A stretch of 64,000 nucleotides of DNA, taken from Acetobacter sp. CAG:977 (lineage in GTDB: Bacteria; Pseudomonadota; Alphaproteobacteria; CAAGCB01; CAG-977). Below are positions 21,563 through 31,681 of this stretch, in pieces. The position numbers and the translations under genes are program-made. Position 1 is the stretch's first letter; each line of letters starts with the position of its first letter. The notes beneath the pieces are model-generated. The model did no database searches. It saw only the letters and a list, made by a program, of their open reading frames with translations, and was not told the origin of the DNA. The stretch spans positions 564,588 to 628,587 of the forward strand of contig HF994935.1 in the NCBI GenBank assembly GCA_000434295.1, written 5' to 3'.

Positions 21563-23767
21563 GTGTCTTTGAGCTATTCTGAAATGTTGGATCAATTGGC
21601 TGATTTGACGGGCATTTTGCCGGAATACGAAGCAGATGCCGGAATATTTAAGACAAATGAAGCAACAAAACGCGCTTTGCTGAAAGCGATGGGATTACCT
21701 GCCGATACGGAACAGCAAGCCGAACACAGCCTGACCCTTATGCTGAACCGTCCTTATGAACGGGCGTTGCCGGCGGTTTCCGTCGTGCATTGCGAAGACG
21801 GGGAAATCCGTATTCCCTTGAGCATTGCCGCTCATGATTCTCCCGTTATGTTGCATTGGTCGGTAAAAATGGAAAACGGTCATGTCTACGGCGGCGTTGC
21901 ATCCGTTGATAATATGCCTGTGTCGCAAACGCGGGAAATCAACGGCCGCATGATGGAACGCCGAGAGTTTTCTTTGCCTGTCCCGCAAGAATGGGGCTAC
22001 CATTGTGTTGCTGTGCAAGCCGACGGATTGCCCGAAAACGGCAGAGAAATGACATTGGTCGTCGCGCCGCAGAAATGCTATATGCCCGATTTCATCACCG
22101 ATCAATACCGTCCTTGGGGATTTCCCTTACAGCTTTATTCCCTGCGTTCGGAAAAGAACTGGGGCATCGGCGATTTTTCAGATTTGAAACAAACCGTTTA
22201 TATGTCGGCTGAATTCGGAGCAGGCATCGTCGGCATTAACCCGATTAACACGTTGTTTGCCACAAAACCCGAAACGGCCAGCCCGTATTATTCTTCAAGC
22301 AGGTTGTTTTTAAATCCGCTTTACATTGACGTTGACGCCGTTCCCGAAGCGGCTCAATGCGATGCATTGAAAAAATACAAAGCATCAAAAGACTTCAAAG
22401 AAAAATTAAAACAAGCCCGTGATTCCGATTTGGTTGATTATACGTTGGTCAGCGAAATCAAGAATAAAGCGCTGGAACTTCTTTATGCCGATTTTATTAA
22501 GAATAATGTCGAAGTCGAACATCCGACAGAACGCGGCAGGGCTTTGATGGAGTTCTGCCAAGCGGGCGGCAAAGATTTAAAGAATATGGCAATTTATCAG
22601 GCGTTAGCCGAATACTTTGCCGCAAAAGGCGTTTTAGGCGGGTTCCGTTCGTGGGGCGATGATTATTCTCATCCCGATAATAAGGCAGTTTCAGCCTTTG
22701 CCGAAAAAAATGCCGACCGCGTCGGATATTTTATGTATCAGCAGTGGATCGCGGATGAACAGTTTAAATCTGCCGCCAAAGCGTGCGACGAAGCGGGGTT
22801 AAGCATCGGTCTTTATCAGGATTTGGCGGTCGGCGTTGCGTGCGAAAGCACGGAAACATGGAGCGCACAAAATTTGTTCCCGCCTGAAATCAGTGTCGGT
22901 TCTCCTCCGGATATTTTCAATCCGAACGGTCAGGAATGGGGGGTTGCTCCGATGCTTCCCGCCGCTATGACGGGCGAAGCATATGCGTCGTATCGCAAGA
23001 TTTTGGTCGCTAATATGCAAAACGCGGGCGCCGTCCGCATCGACCACGTCATGGGATTGGCTCGATTGTTTTGGATTCCGAAGACGGCTCCGGGCGCGTA
23101 TGTTGCCTATCCGTTTAAGGATTTGGTCGGCATTGTTGCCTTGGAAAGCCACCGCAATCGCTGTTTGGTCGTCGGAGAGGACTTGGGCGTTGTTCCCAGC
23201 TTTTTCCGAGAAGCATTGGAGCAGGCCGGCATTTTGTCGTTCAGAGTCTTCCGTTATGAACGAAATCAAGACGGAAGCTATATTCCGCCCGAACACTATC
23301 CGAAGCTGGCTTTGGTTGCGGCAGGAACGCACGATATGCCGACGCTTCCCGGTTTTTGGATGGGCAGCGATGTCGAAATCGCCCATGATTTGGGCATATA
23401 CCAAGATTCGGCAAAAATGATGGAAGCGTATGCCGCAAGGACGTTGGAACGCCGTGCGATTATAGAGGCTTTGTCTCGTGTCGGGCGTTGGTTTATGTCT
23501 CCCGAACGTTTTGAAGAAGAACTGTACGGGCGTGAATTGCCGAAAAAGATGGTAGAGTATGTTTATCGATATCTGGCATCAACTCCCAGCCGCCTGTTCT
23601 TGCCGCAGTTGGAAGATATTTTGGAACAAACGGCACAAATGAATGTTCCTGGAACCAGTACGGAATATCCGAACTGGCGCCATAAGCTGTCAAAGACGAT
23701 AGAGGAACTAAGAACGGATGAACGTATGCAAAGGATATGTGCGGTTTTAAGGGAAACGCGCTCTTAA
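21563..23767 (+). CDS. malQ: 4-alpha-glucanotransferase (amylomaltase)
   Basis: 734 aa GH77; RIDHVMGL, ..VVGEDLGVVP.. motifs; 17-nt gap after glgX. Confidence 0.85.
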   Translation: MSLSYSEMLDQLADLTGILPEYEADAGIFKTNEATKRALLKAMGLPADTEQQAEHSLTLMLNRPYERALPAVSVVHCEDGEIRIPLSIAAHDSPVMLHWSVKMENGHVYGGVASVDNMPVSQTREINGRMMERREFSLPVPQEWGYHCVAVQADGLPENGREMTLVVAPQKCYMPDFITDQYRPWGFPLQLYSLRSEKNWGIGDFSDLKQTVYMSAEFGAGIVGINPINTLFATKPETASPYYSSSRLFLNPLYIDVDAVPEAAQCDALKKYKASKDFKEKLKQARDSDLVDYTLVSEIKNKALELLYADFIKNNVEVEHPTERGRALMEFCQAGGKDLKNMAIYQALAEYFAAKGVLGGFRSWGDDYSHPDNKAVSAFAEKNADRVGYFMYQQWIADEQFKSAAKACDEAGLSIGLYQDLAVGVACESTETWSAQNLFPPEISVGSPPDIFNPNGQEWGVAPMLPAAMTGEAYASYRKILVANMQNAGAVRIDHVMGLARLFWIPKTAPGAYVAYPFKDLVGIVALESHRNRCLVVGEDLGVVPSFFREALEQAGILSFRVFRYERNQDGSYIPPEHYPKLALVAAGTHDMPTLPGFWMGSDVEIAHDLGIYQDSAKMMEAYAARTLERRAIIEALSRVGRWFMSPERFEEELYGRELPKKMVEYVYRYLASTPSRLFLPQLEDILEQTAQMNVPGTSTEYPNWRHKLSKTIEELRTDERMQRICAVLRETRS

Positions 23768-23773
23768 AGGAAC

Positions 23774-23810
23774 GAAAAAAACGCCGAAGAAAAATTCTTC
23801 GGCGTTTTTT
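23774..23810. terminator. Bidirectional rho-independent terminator between malQ and sodB
   Basis: A-run, cgccgaag..cttcggcg hairpin, T-run. Confidence 0.65.
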
Positions 23811-23820
23811 AGTATACGGA

Positions 23821-24426
23821 TTAAACGTTTTCGACGTATCTGGCGGCAATAAAGTTCCAATTTGCCAGATTATCCAGAAAAGCCTGAGCAAAATCGGGGC
23901 GACGGTTCTGGTAATCCAGATAATAAGCGTGTTCCCAGACGTCCAAGGTCATCAAAGCGATTTGTCCGTGAGCAATCGGAGTATCGGCATTTGAAGTTTT
24001 TGTAATTTTCAGTTCCCCGTTTTCCAAAACCAGCCAAGCCCATCCGCTGCCGAATTGAGAGATTGCGGCGGCTTTAAATTCTTCTTTAAATTTTTCTTCG
24101 CTGCCGAAAGTTTTGACGACGGCATTTTTAAAGGAACCTTCGGGCAAAGCACCGCCGCCGTTCGGGGTCAGACAGCTCCAAAAGAACGTGTGGTTCCATG
24201 TTTGAGCAGCATTGTTAAAGATTCCCGCTTTTGAAGCATCGCCGGCGGTTGCACGGATAATGTCTTCCAAGCTTTTTGCGGATAAATCGGTGTCTTTGAT
24301 CAGGTTGTTTAAGTTTGTAACGTATGTGCGATGGTGCTTTCCGTGGTGAAATTCCAGCGTACGGGCGGACATATAGGGTTCAAGGGCGTCGCCGCCGAAC
24401 GGCAGGTTAGGCAATTCAAAAGCCAT
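23821..24426 (-). CDS. sodB: Fe/Mn superoxide dismutase
   Basis: HHGKHHRTYVTNLN and DVWEHAYY signatures; 201 aa. Confidence 0.93.
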   Translation of the reverse strand: MAFELPNLPFGGDALEPYMSARTLEFHHGKHHRTYVTNLNNLIKDTDLSAKSLEDIIRATAGDASKAGIFNNAAQTWNHTFFWSCLTPNGGGALPEGSFKNAVVKTFGSEEKFKEEFKAAAISQFGSGWAWLVLENGELKITKTSNADTPIAHGQIALMTLDVWEHAYYLDYQNRRPDFAQAFLDNLANWNFIAARYVENV

Positions 24427-24498
24427 ATCAGGTACTCCTTAAGGTTATTTTCCTTTAGAAATTATTTCCTTTTTAAGGCTGAAAGTAAATATATCTTT

Positions 24499-25590
24499 TC
24501 AGTCAATGTACGCGGCGGCGCGGAAGCCCGACCGTACGGCGCCTTCAATGGTGCAGGGCAGCCCCGTGTCGGTCGAATCGCCGGCCAAAAAGACTTGATC
24601 GGAGCCGATGTTTGCGGGCGGACGCAAAGCGTTGACGACTTTGCTTTGGTGCAAAGTTGCCCGTTTTGACGCGATAAAACGGTAAGGGGGCAGTCGGTGT
24701 CCTTCCGACAAAGCGCCTTGTATGTCGTGCCATACGGTTCCCGCGATGGTTTCGGGGCGCCGTTTTTTCAGCAAATCGTCCGCGGCGCTGATCGTGACCG
24801 ACAAGATGCCGTTTTGTTTAAAAGCCCAATGCCCGACAGAATGCGTCAGTCCGATAAAAAACCTGTTTTCGGGCAGTTGTGAATCAGTTTTGTAATGAAT
24901 GCCGACAATCGTGTTGCAAGGCTGTTCCGCCGCGCCGACGACCAGTCGGCTCAGATTTTCGGAGGGCAGGGCAAGGATGACTTTGTCTTTTTCGGGAATG
25001 ATTTTATCTTCGTCGGCAAAGCAAAGCATATTTTCGCGTATTCGAACCAGCTTTTTATGAAAAAGGAACGCAACGCCCCGCCGTTTTAATTCGTTTTCTA
25101 CGGGGTCGATAATGCAAGCTTTTAAAGACGGCACCGCCAAATACGCTTGTCCGTTCTTTTTGCCCAAGCATTTAAGCCCCGTTTTCATCAGCATCCGAAA
25201 ATCGACCTGACCGTACGGCGTATTCATGACGGATTCCGCAAACAGAGGATAGAGTTCTTTTATGTGTCCGAAAAAAGACAAGGGACGTCGCGGGTCAACG
25301 CAAAAAGTTTCTTTTGTTTTGGCATTAAAGAATAAAAAATCGTGTTCAACGGGGACAAGCGGCGTTGACGTGGGGCATTTTTCCAACATATCCAACAACG
25401 CCGTGTTAGATCCCAACATCAAATGCGTTCCGGCATCAATAACGCAACCCAACCGTTCGTCATAAAAAGAATGACACCGTCCTCCCGAACGGTCGGAAGC
25501 GTCATAGACAACGACTGGAATATGTCTTTGGCTCAGCGCAAAAGCGGCAGACAATCCGGCGATACCCGCTCCGACAATATGAACCGTCAT
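24499..25590 (-). CDS. hpnE: Squalene-associated FAD-dependent desaturase / hydroxysqualene dehydroxylase
   Basis: N-terminal Rossmann VHIVGAGIAGLSAA; amine-oxidase fold; downstream of two squalene-synthase-family genes. Confidence 0.7.
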   Translation of the reverse strand: MTVHIVGAGIAGLSAAFALSQRHIPVVVYDASDRSGGRCHSFYDERLGCVIDAGTHLMLGSNTALLDMLEKCPTSTPLVPVEHDFLFFNAKTKETFCVDPRRPLSFFGHIKELYPLFAESVMNTPYGQVDFRMLMKTGLKCLGKKNGQAYLAVPSLKACIIDPVENELKRRGVAFLFHKKLVRIRENMLCFADEDKIIPEKDKVILALPSENLSRLVVGAAEQPCNTIVGIHYKTDSQLPENRFFIGLTHSVGHWAFKQNGILSVTISAADDLLKKRRPETIAGTVWHDIQGALSEGHRLPPYRFIASKRATLHQSKVVNALRPPANIGSDQVFLAGDSTDTGLPCTIEGAVRSGFRAAAYID

Positions 25591-25593
25591 TTT

Positions 25594-26475
25594 TTATTTT
25601 CCGAACAAACAAATCCGCACGGCCGTTGCCGCCATCCATAATTTTGACGGTTTCGGACGGGGGGCAATGACATCCCATCCCCGTTTTTGCATCATATCGA
25701 AAATCTTTTGATAAACTTTCATCATGATGACGGCGGGTTTCATTTGTTTTGCGTTTAATTTTTCCAAAGCTTCCCGCGCTTGGGCAAAACGTAACAAAGC
25801 TTTTTCCGCCAAAGCCTGCCTGGCGATTTTTAAATTCGGATGATTTAAAATTTCAGACAACGGCGTATTGTCCGTAATGACGATGCCTGCTTTGTTCAGA
25901 CATTCTTCAGGCATATACAGGCGTCCCAGTTCCATGTCTTCGCCCATGTCGCGCAGGATATTCGTTATTTGCAACGCTTCGCCCAAAGAAACGGCAAAAC
26001 GTTGAGCCGTTTCCGAAAAATCGCCGAAAATGCATACGGACAACATACCGACGGCTCCCGCGACGCGACGGCAGTATAATTCCAGCTCGCTCATCGTCGG
26101 AGCACGCATCCCGTCGGGAATATCCATTTCCATGCCGTCAATTAACGCCGTAAATTCGTTTTCGGGCAGGTTGAATTTTTTTACGGGGTCTTTTAAAGCC
26201 AAGGCAACGTCGGACAAAGGCGTTTCATTCGCGTAGATCCGTTTTATGTCCTCTCTCCAAACGGACAAAGCTTTTTTCTTGGCTTCCAACGGAGCCGGTT
26301 CGTCCGCAATATCGTCGATTTCCCGACAAAAGGCATACACCGCGAACATGGCATCACGTTTTTCTTTTCCCAACAAACGCATCGCGGGATAAAAAGAGCT
26401 GCCCGAACGTTTAACGATTTCTTCGACCCGTTGTTTTATTCGTTCGGCGTTTTCAGATCCGATTTTTTCAGACAT
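25594..26475 (-). CDS. hpnD: Squalene/phytoene-synthase family enzyme, presqualene diphosphate synthase
   Basis: SQS_PSY motifs (..YAFCREIDDIADE.., ..LGEALQITNILRD..); start trimmed to MSEKIG (ATG 26475, RBS AAGGAAG) because the longest ORF overlaps hpnC by 187 bp. Confidence 0.7.
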   Translation of the reverse strand: MSEKIGSENAERIKQRVEEIVKRSGSSFYPAMRLLGKEKRDAMFAVYAFCREIDDIADEPAPLEAKKKALSVWREDIKRIYANETPLSDVALALKDPVKKFNLPENEFTALIDGMEMDIPDGMRAPTMSELELYCRRVAGAVGMLSVCIFGDFSETAQRFAVSLGEALQITNILRDMGEDMELGRLYMPEECLNKAGIVITDNTPLSEILNHPNLKIARQALAEKALLRFAQAREALEKLNAKQMKPAVIMMKVYQKIFDMMQKRGWDVIAPRPKPSKLWMAATAVRICLFGK

Positions 26476-27317
26476 TCTATTTTCTTCCTTCTTAATCCGC
26501 CGATGATGCCGCAAGCCGAAGCAAAAATCCAATCGCTTTTTGCCAATTCGACTTTTCGTTTCAAAATATCTTTCTTTTTCAGTTTCTTCAGCAGACGTTG
26601 CGCCAAACGGAAAATGACGCACACTTCCATTCTCAATCCGCGATTGACGATGACCAAAGGCAGAGAAGACCCTTCGATCAGCAATCCTTCAATGCCTGCG
26701 GTAACGCGGTTAAAGACGCGTTGCATGGCGGCGCAGGTCGTTTTGTCGTCCAAGGCTTCGTATTTTAATTCTTCGGCTTTGAACCAGTCTTTGGGAATGT
26801 AGACTCTGGAACGGTTTTGATAATCTTCCTTGCAATCTTGCAGATGATTGTTCATTTGCAAAGCGGCGCACAAAGCATCCGAAGGCCAATACGCCGTCGG
26901 ATTTTCGCCGTGCAAATCCAACATGAAACGTCCGACGCTGCCCGCCGAATTGCGGCAATAAGCCATCACGTCTTCCCAAGTGTGATAGGTATGCCCTTTG
27001 GCGTCTTGGCGAAACGCTTTGAGCAGGTCTTTGGCGTGCTGATCCGTGATGTTGCGTTCTTTCAGGCTTTCAAAAAGCTTTTGTGCGCACAAAGTTTCAT
27101 CGTCGGCATGAGCATTTTGGGTCAGAACGGCTTCAAGAGCGTCAAGCTTTTCCAGTTTTTCCGCCGCCGAAACGCCGTAAGCATCGGCAATATCGTCCGC
27201 CGTTCTGGCAAAATCGTAAAAAGCAAAGATATGCGGTCTTAATTCCGAAGGAATCAGAAAAGAACCGACGGGGAAATTTTCCTGATTTGCATTTTTTGTT
27301 CGTTTGATTTCAGCCAT
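26436..27317 (-). CDS. hpnC: Squalene/phytoene-synthase family enzyme, hydroxysqualene synthase
   Basis: SQS_PSY motifs (..[13 protein letters not shown].., ..[11 protein letters not shown]..); 293 aa. Confidence 0.7.
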   Translation of the reverse strand: MAEIKRTKNANQENFPVGSFLIPSELRPHIFAFYDFARTADDIADAYGVSAAEKLEKLDALEAVLTQNAHADDETLCAQKLFESLKERNITDQHAKDLLKAFRQDAKGHTYHTWEDVMAYCRNSAGSVGRFMLDLHGENPTAYWPSDALCAALQMNNHLQDCKEDYQNRSRVYIPKDWFKAEELKYEALDDKTTCAAMQRVFNRVTAGIEGLLIEGSSLPLVIVNRGLRMEVCVIFRLAQRLLKKLKKKDILKRKVELAKSDWIFASACGIIGGLRRKKIECLKKSDLKTPNE

Positions 27318-28662
27318 TGATACCTGCCGTTTTTTTCCATTCGTCCAAAGCCGTTAACGCCCGTTCGCTTTGCGCGCGTTTTCTGTCCAAGCCTTTGATT
27401 TTCTTTTTGCCTTCGGGGACGGGCGGGGGAGGCATTAAACCGAAATTGATGTTCATCGGTTGGAACAAGTCAGGCTGATCCGCCGCCGTAATGTGCTTTA
27501 ACATTGCGCCCAAAGCCGTTTCTTTCGGAGGAATGACGATATCTTTTCCCAAGCTTTCCCAAGCGGCGAACAATCCTGCCATTAATCCGACGCAAGCGCT
27601 TTCGACATATCCTTCACATCCCGTTATCTGTCCCGCGAAACGCAGATTCGGGCGGGCTTTAAGCCTTAAAGTCTCGTCCAAAAGTTCGGGCGATCGGATG
27701 AACGTATTGCGATGTATGCCGCCCAGTCTGGCAAATTCGGCATTTTCCAGTCCCGGAATCATTCTGAAAACGCGTTTTTGTTCGCCGTAAGTCAGTTTTG
27801 TTTGAAATCCGACCAAGTTTAACAGCGTTCCCTGATTATTTTCTTTTCTCAGCTGGACGACGGCATAAGGGCGTTTGCCCGTGTGCGGGTCGCACAGCCC
27901 GACGGGTTTCATGGGACCGAAAGCCAAAGTTTCCCTGCCGCGTTCCGCCATCACTTCGACGGGCAGGCACCCTTCGAAATAGGGCGTGTTCTTTTCCCAT
28001 TCTTTAAAGGCAACTTTTTCACCGCTCAGCAAAGCGTCAATAAAGGCGTTATATTGATCTTCATCCAACGGACAATTGATGTAGTCATCTCCGTTTCCTT
28101 TGTCGTATCTGGACTGTTTCCATGCTTTTGACATATCAACGGACTCGGCTTCGACGATGGGGGCGATGGCGTCAAAGAAGTGCAAAGAGTCGGAATTTGT
28201 AAGTTTTTGAATGTCGGATGCCAGATTTTGCGTCGTCAAAGGTCCCGTAGCAATAATCGACAGTCCGTCGTTTTCCGAAGGAAGGTTTAAAATTTCTTCC
28301 GTGACGAAAGTAATCAGGGGATTTGATTTTAACTGTTCTTCGACGGCTTTTGAAAAGGCGGTTCTGTCAACTGCCAAAGCGCCGCCCGCAGGGACTTTTG
28401 TTTTATCGGCGCTCGCCAGAATCAGAGAACCGCACCGGCGCATTTCTTCGTGCATTAAGCCGACGGCATTATGGCAAGCGTCATCCGAACGCAAAGAATT
28501 TGAACAAACCAGCTCTGCCGGCAAGCCTGTTTTATGGGCAGGCGTGGTTTGGCGCGGCCTCATTTCTTTTAAGACGACGGGGACGCCTGCTTTTGCTATT
28601 TGCCAAGCGGCTTCGCTACCGGCCAGTCCGGCGCCGATTACGGTAACGGGGCGTAAGCTCAT
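27310..28662 (-). CDS. trmFO: Methylenetetrahydrofolate--tRNA-(uracil54-C5)-methyltransferase
   Basis: [19 protein letters not shown] motif, GidA-like length (450 aa); start overlaps hpnC start region by 8 bp. Confidence 0.88.
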   Translation of the reverse strand: MSLRPVTVIGAGLAGSEAAWQIAKAGVPVVLKEMRPRQTTPAHKTGLPAELVCSNSLRSDDACHNAVGLMHEEMRRCGSLILASADKTKVPAGGALAVDRTAFSKAVEEQLKSNPLITFVTEEILNLPSENDGLSIIATGPLTTQNLASDIQKLTNSDSLHFFDAIAPIVEAESVDMSKAWKQSRYDKGNGDDYINCPLDEDQYNAFIDALLSGEKVAFKEWEKNTPYFEGCLPVEVMAERGRETLAFGPMKPVGLCDPHTGKRPYAVVQLRKENNQGTLLNLVGFQTKLTYGEQKRVFRMIPGLENAEFARLGGIHRNTFIRSPELLDETLRLKARPNLRFAGQITGCEGYVESACVGLMAGLFAAWESLGKDIVIPPKETALGAMLKHITAADQPDLFQPMNINFGLMPPPPVPEGKKKIKGLDRKRAQSERALTALDEWKKTAGING

Positions 28663-28767
28663 AGGGAAAAAACTCCTTTTTTTGTCTTTTGCTCTTCGGA
28701 CATATCGTATATCTTAAAATATACCTTTTACCAAAGACGTTAATAACACTTTTTTACGGATTGCGCC

Positions 28768-29229
28768 ATGGAAGCGAATTTTACGAATATTTTAATTGCG
28801 GTTATCGCCGTTTTTTGTTTGTTTACGTATGTTATCCCTTACATTCGCCGTTTAATGCGCGGTTCGGGCGTTATTTATATTGATCCGAAGGATTTGGAAC
28901 AAAAGATTGCGTCAAAGACGGATCTTTTGATGATAGACATTCGTCCGAAGGAAAATTTTTACGATATGTTCGGACATATAGACAACGCGATTAACCTGCC
29001 GTTTGAACAGTTTATGCTGAGATTGAACGAAACGGCGGACAGGCTGGCAGGGTTCAAGGAAACGCCGATCGTGATTATCGGGTTACGTGATGAAAACAAA
29101 GTCTTTTTGGCGTATCAGGCGTTACGTTCAAAGGGGTTCACAGACGTTGCCATACTGAATTACGGGTTGTCGCAATGGATACGGAAAGGGTTGCCGACGG
29201 TTGAAAGAAATGCTCATAAACCGGATTAA
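28768..29229 (+). CDS. Membrane-anchored single-domain rhodanese (sulfurtransferase-like)
   Basis: N-terminal TM helix; rhodanese fold pattern (LLMIDIRPKENF...AINLPF..). No active-site Cys after the TM helix, so probably non-catalytic. Confidence 0.6.
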   Translation: MEANFTNILIAVIAVFCLFTYVIPYIRRLMRGSGVIYIDPKDLEQKIASKTDLLMIDIRPKENFYDMFGHIDNAINLPFEQFMLRLNETADRLAGFKETPIVIIGLRDENKVFLAYQALRSKGFTDVAILNYGLSQWIRKGLPTVERNAHKPD

Positions 29230-31681
29230 GAAACATTTATTACCCATTGTTTTAACGACATTTTTTGTGTCTGTGGCAATCGCGGCGGTCGAACCGAACG
29301 CCGTGATCGTCTATTTTCTGCCCGTGCAGGATACCGCTTCCGTCGATTCGCCTCATGCGTCAAAATACGTCCCGACCAAAACAGGCGTCGTCATCGCAAA
29401 AACGACTGACAATCTGCCCGAAAAAAGCAAAATCGACGAAAAACACGGCATTAAAACGCCCGTCGGCGTTTCTTTGTACGATAAGGGCGAAACGCCGTTG
29501 GCAACGGCTCAGGAAAACGTGCTTGCTCCCGTCAAGGTCATGATTTTGCCGCCCGAAGACTTGGTTAAAAAAGATCGCAAAGCCGTTAAAGGAACTCCCG
29601 ACAGCGTCGTTCCGTTACCGATCCGCATTTTCCCTTTGCTCGACTTGAAAAAGGAAGTCGAAACCGTCGAACAAAAGGAAGAAGACAAGCCTTTGTTCCC
29701 CGAAGCCGTCAAGGTTGCCGCCAAAGAAAAAGACGACGACGGCGATCCCCGTCCGTATCTTGAATCGGAATGGCCGGCTTGGATTTTCCGCCAGCTCAAG
29801 ACGTGCGAAGGGTCTCAAAAGGCCTTTGTCCTGGCGACTCTGTATCGCATGATGGGCGATAAAAAGCCGTTGGGAAAAACAGATTGCGAAATAAAGCGCG
29901 AAGTCGCGAAATTCCTTCAAAAATGCTATCCGTGGCCTGCCGACTACTATACGCCGGACAAGTTTGATTATCCGCCCGAAAACATTCAAATCGTCCGTAT
30001 GGCTATTGAAGTCTTGTCTTCGCGTTTCGAAGGAACAAAGTTTTGTCCGCTGGATTTGACTCACATTAATTTCGAAAAGAACGATTTTATCCGCACGCAT
30101 TTTGACGAAGCCGATTTTTCGTATTCCAATTTTAACGAAGCATCTTTTCTGAACGCCCAAATGCAAAACTCGATTTTTCAAAAAGCGGAAATGGATAATG
30201 TTTTAATTCAGGAAAGCTCTTTTGAAAAAGCCTATATGAAAGGCGTTCGCATGCGTTTCGGACACATTATCGATTCCGATGTCAGCATGGCGTTTTTCCA
30301 ACAGGCGGATTTGACGAATACACAATTCAGACGTTCCAAAGCCGTTTTGTCAGATTTTTCTCAGGCAAAGCTGGCAAACACCGCGTGGGAAGACGTTGAA
30401 GGCGTTCAAATTGATTTCAGCGATTCCGATTTAACCAAAGCCGTTTTTAACAACGTTCTGTTTGAAAAAATGGAAGCCAACGGCACCGATTTTTCGAATC
30501 TGGTTTGCCGTGATTGCCAGCTTCAAGGGGCGGAAGCGCAGGATGCTTGGTTTTATCAGGGGCAATTCAATACGGTTTCTTTTAAAAATGCGGATTTGTC
30601 GGGCGCCAATTTTTCAAAAACCGTTTTCGAACCGCCGATTGTTTTAAGCGGAGTGAAAATTTACGACACGGATTTTAAAGGTGCGGATATTCGCTTCTTT
30701 GAAGGATTGACGGCGGAACAGCTTCGCCTGACGCTTATTGATGCCGACACGCAGTTGCCCAAACCGCCCGAAGACTTTGAATCGGCGTCTTATGATGTTG
30801 ATATTTTCCGCGACACGTATGAAGAAAAAGGCGAAATAGCCTACGGTTGCACTCAAAAAATGTGTGAAGACCGCCTGAAGGGCAGAGTGTCGAATACGAA
30901 TCTGGCATTAAGGGCGATGTCTTTTATTGATGCGCCGAATACGTCTTTTGACGAAAAAATGTGGGCGTTGTGCACGATGGGATGTATTGCCCGGTATGAT
31001 AAAAAGCTTGAACCGTCTCAAATTGATATTTTGGCGGCATTCGTGCGCCGCAATTCAAAATGGAGCTCGGAAGACTTGTTTAAGCCGTACACACCGCTTA
31101 AACCCGAAGTTCAAACGGCTTTGTTTATTTTGACGGATCCAGCGGCGGGAATATATCCGTCGTATGACATTGATCTGTCCGGAACCGACTTGCGCGGGGC
31201 TGATTTGTCAAATTCGGATTTGCGTGCCTTTACGTTCAGAGGGGCAAATCTGAGCGGAGCCAATTTGTCGGGTTCAATTGTTGACGATGCGTTCAACCGT
31301 TTTGACCGTGCCGTTGTCGACCAGTTTACGGTTTTGCCAAAAAATGTCAGCCGTTTCATGCCTTATCAGCTGCCCGAAGAACTTGTTTGGCCGCGTTGGT
31401 GGAAACCGGGTACGGTCAGGGTGATCAAAGATACGGTCAATTTATGGTACCCGATTACCGAAACGATACCGTTCTCGGATGATTTTATCGTTCGTCCGAT
31501 AGGATTAAGCGCTTCGAACGAAACGAAAGATCAAAAAGCCGCAGAGCCGGCTCAAACAACGGAAAAAGCTTCGGCTGAAACAAAAGAAGGCGCAAAAACC
31601 GAATCAAAAGGGGAAAAATCAGAACCGCAACAAGGAACGAAAGAAAAGGATAATAAGGAAGGGGAAGGGAAAAATGAATAA
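29201..31681 (+). CDS. Large membrane-anchored pentapeptide-repeat protein (826 aa) with Pro-rich linker and K/E-rich tail
   Basis: TM helix then two blocks of A(D/N)LxG-type pentapeptide repeats (ADLTNTQFRRSKAVLSDFSQAKLANTAW.., GTDLRGADLSNSDLRAFTFRGANLSGANLSG); overlaps rhodanese stop by 29 nt. Confidence 0.7.
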   Translation: MKEMLINRIKKHLLPIVLTTFFVSVAIAAVEPNAVIVYFLPVQDTASVDSPHASKYVPTKTGVVIAKTTDNLPEKSKIDEKHGIKTPVGVSLYDKGETPLATAQENVLAPVKVMILPPEDLVKKDRKAVKGTPDSVVPLPIRIFPLLDLKKEVETVEQKEEDKPLFPEAVKVAAKEKDDDGDPRPYLESEWPAWIFRQLKTCEGSQKAFVLATLYRMMGDKKPLGKTDCEIKREVAKFLQKCYPWPADYYTPDKFDYPPENIQIVRMAIEVLSSRFEGTKFCPLDLTHINFEKNDFIRTHFDEADFSYSNFNEASFLNAQMQNSIFQKAEMDNVLIQESSFEKAYMKGVRMRFGHIIDSDVSMAFFQQADLTNTQFRRSKAVLSDFSQAKLANTAWEDVEGVQIDFSDSDLTKAVFNNVLFEKMEANGTDFSNLVCRDCQLQGAEAQDAWFYQGQFNTVSFKNADLSGANFSKTVFEPPIVLSGVKIYDTDFKGADIRFFEGLTAEQLRLTLIDADTQLPKPPEDFESASYDVDIFRDTYEEKGEIAYGCTQKMCEDRLKGRVSNTNLALRAMSFIDAPNTSFDEKMWALCTMGCIARYDKKLEPSQIDILAAFVRRNSKWSSEDLFKPYTPLKPEVQTALFILTDPAAGIYPSYDIDLSGTDLRGADLSNSDLRAFTFRGANLSGANLSGSIVDDAFNRFDRAVVDQFTVLPKNVSRFMPYQLPEELVWPRWWKPGTVRVIKDTVNLWYPITETIPFSDDFIVRPIGLSASNETKDQKAAEPAQTTEKASAETKEGAKTESKGEKSEPQQGTKEKDNKEGEGKNE

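Noticed and set aside
25594-26622. Longest hpnD ORF (342 aa) overlapping hpnC by 187 bp
   Set aside because: The internal ATG at 26475, preceded by AAGGAAG, gives a product starting just before the conserved SSFYPAMRLL region. The long overlap is unlikely.
29201-31681. Qnr-type quinolone-resistance pentapeptide protein
   Set aside because: Qnr/MfpA proteins are ~200-220 aa cytoplasmic. This protein is 826 aa with a TM anchor and long non-repeat regions.
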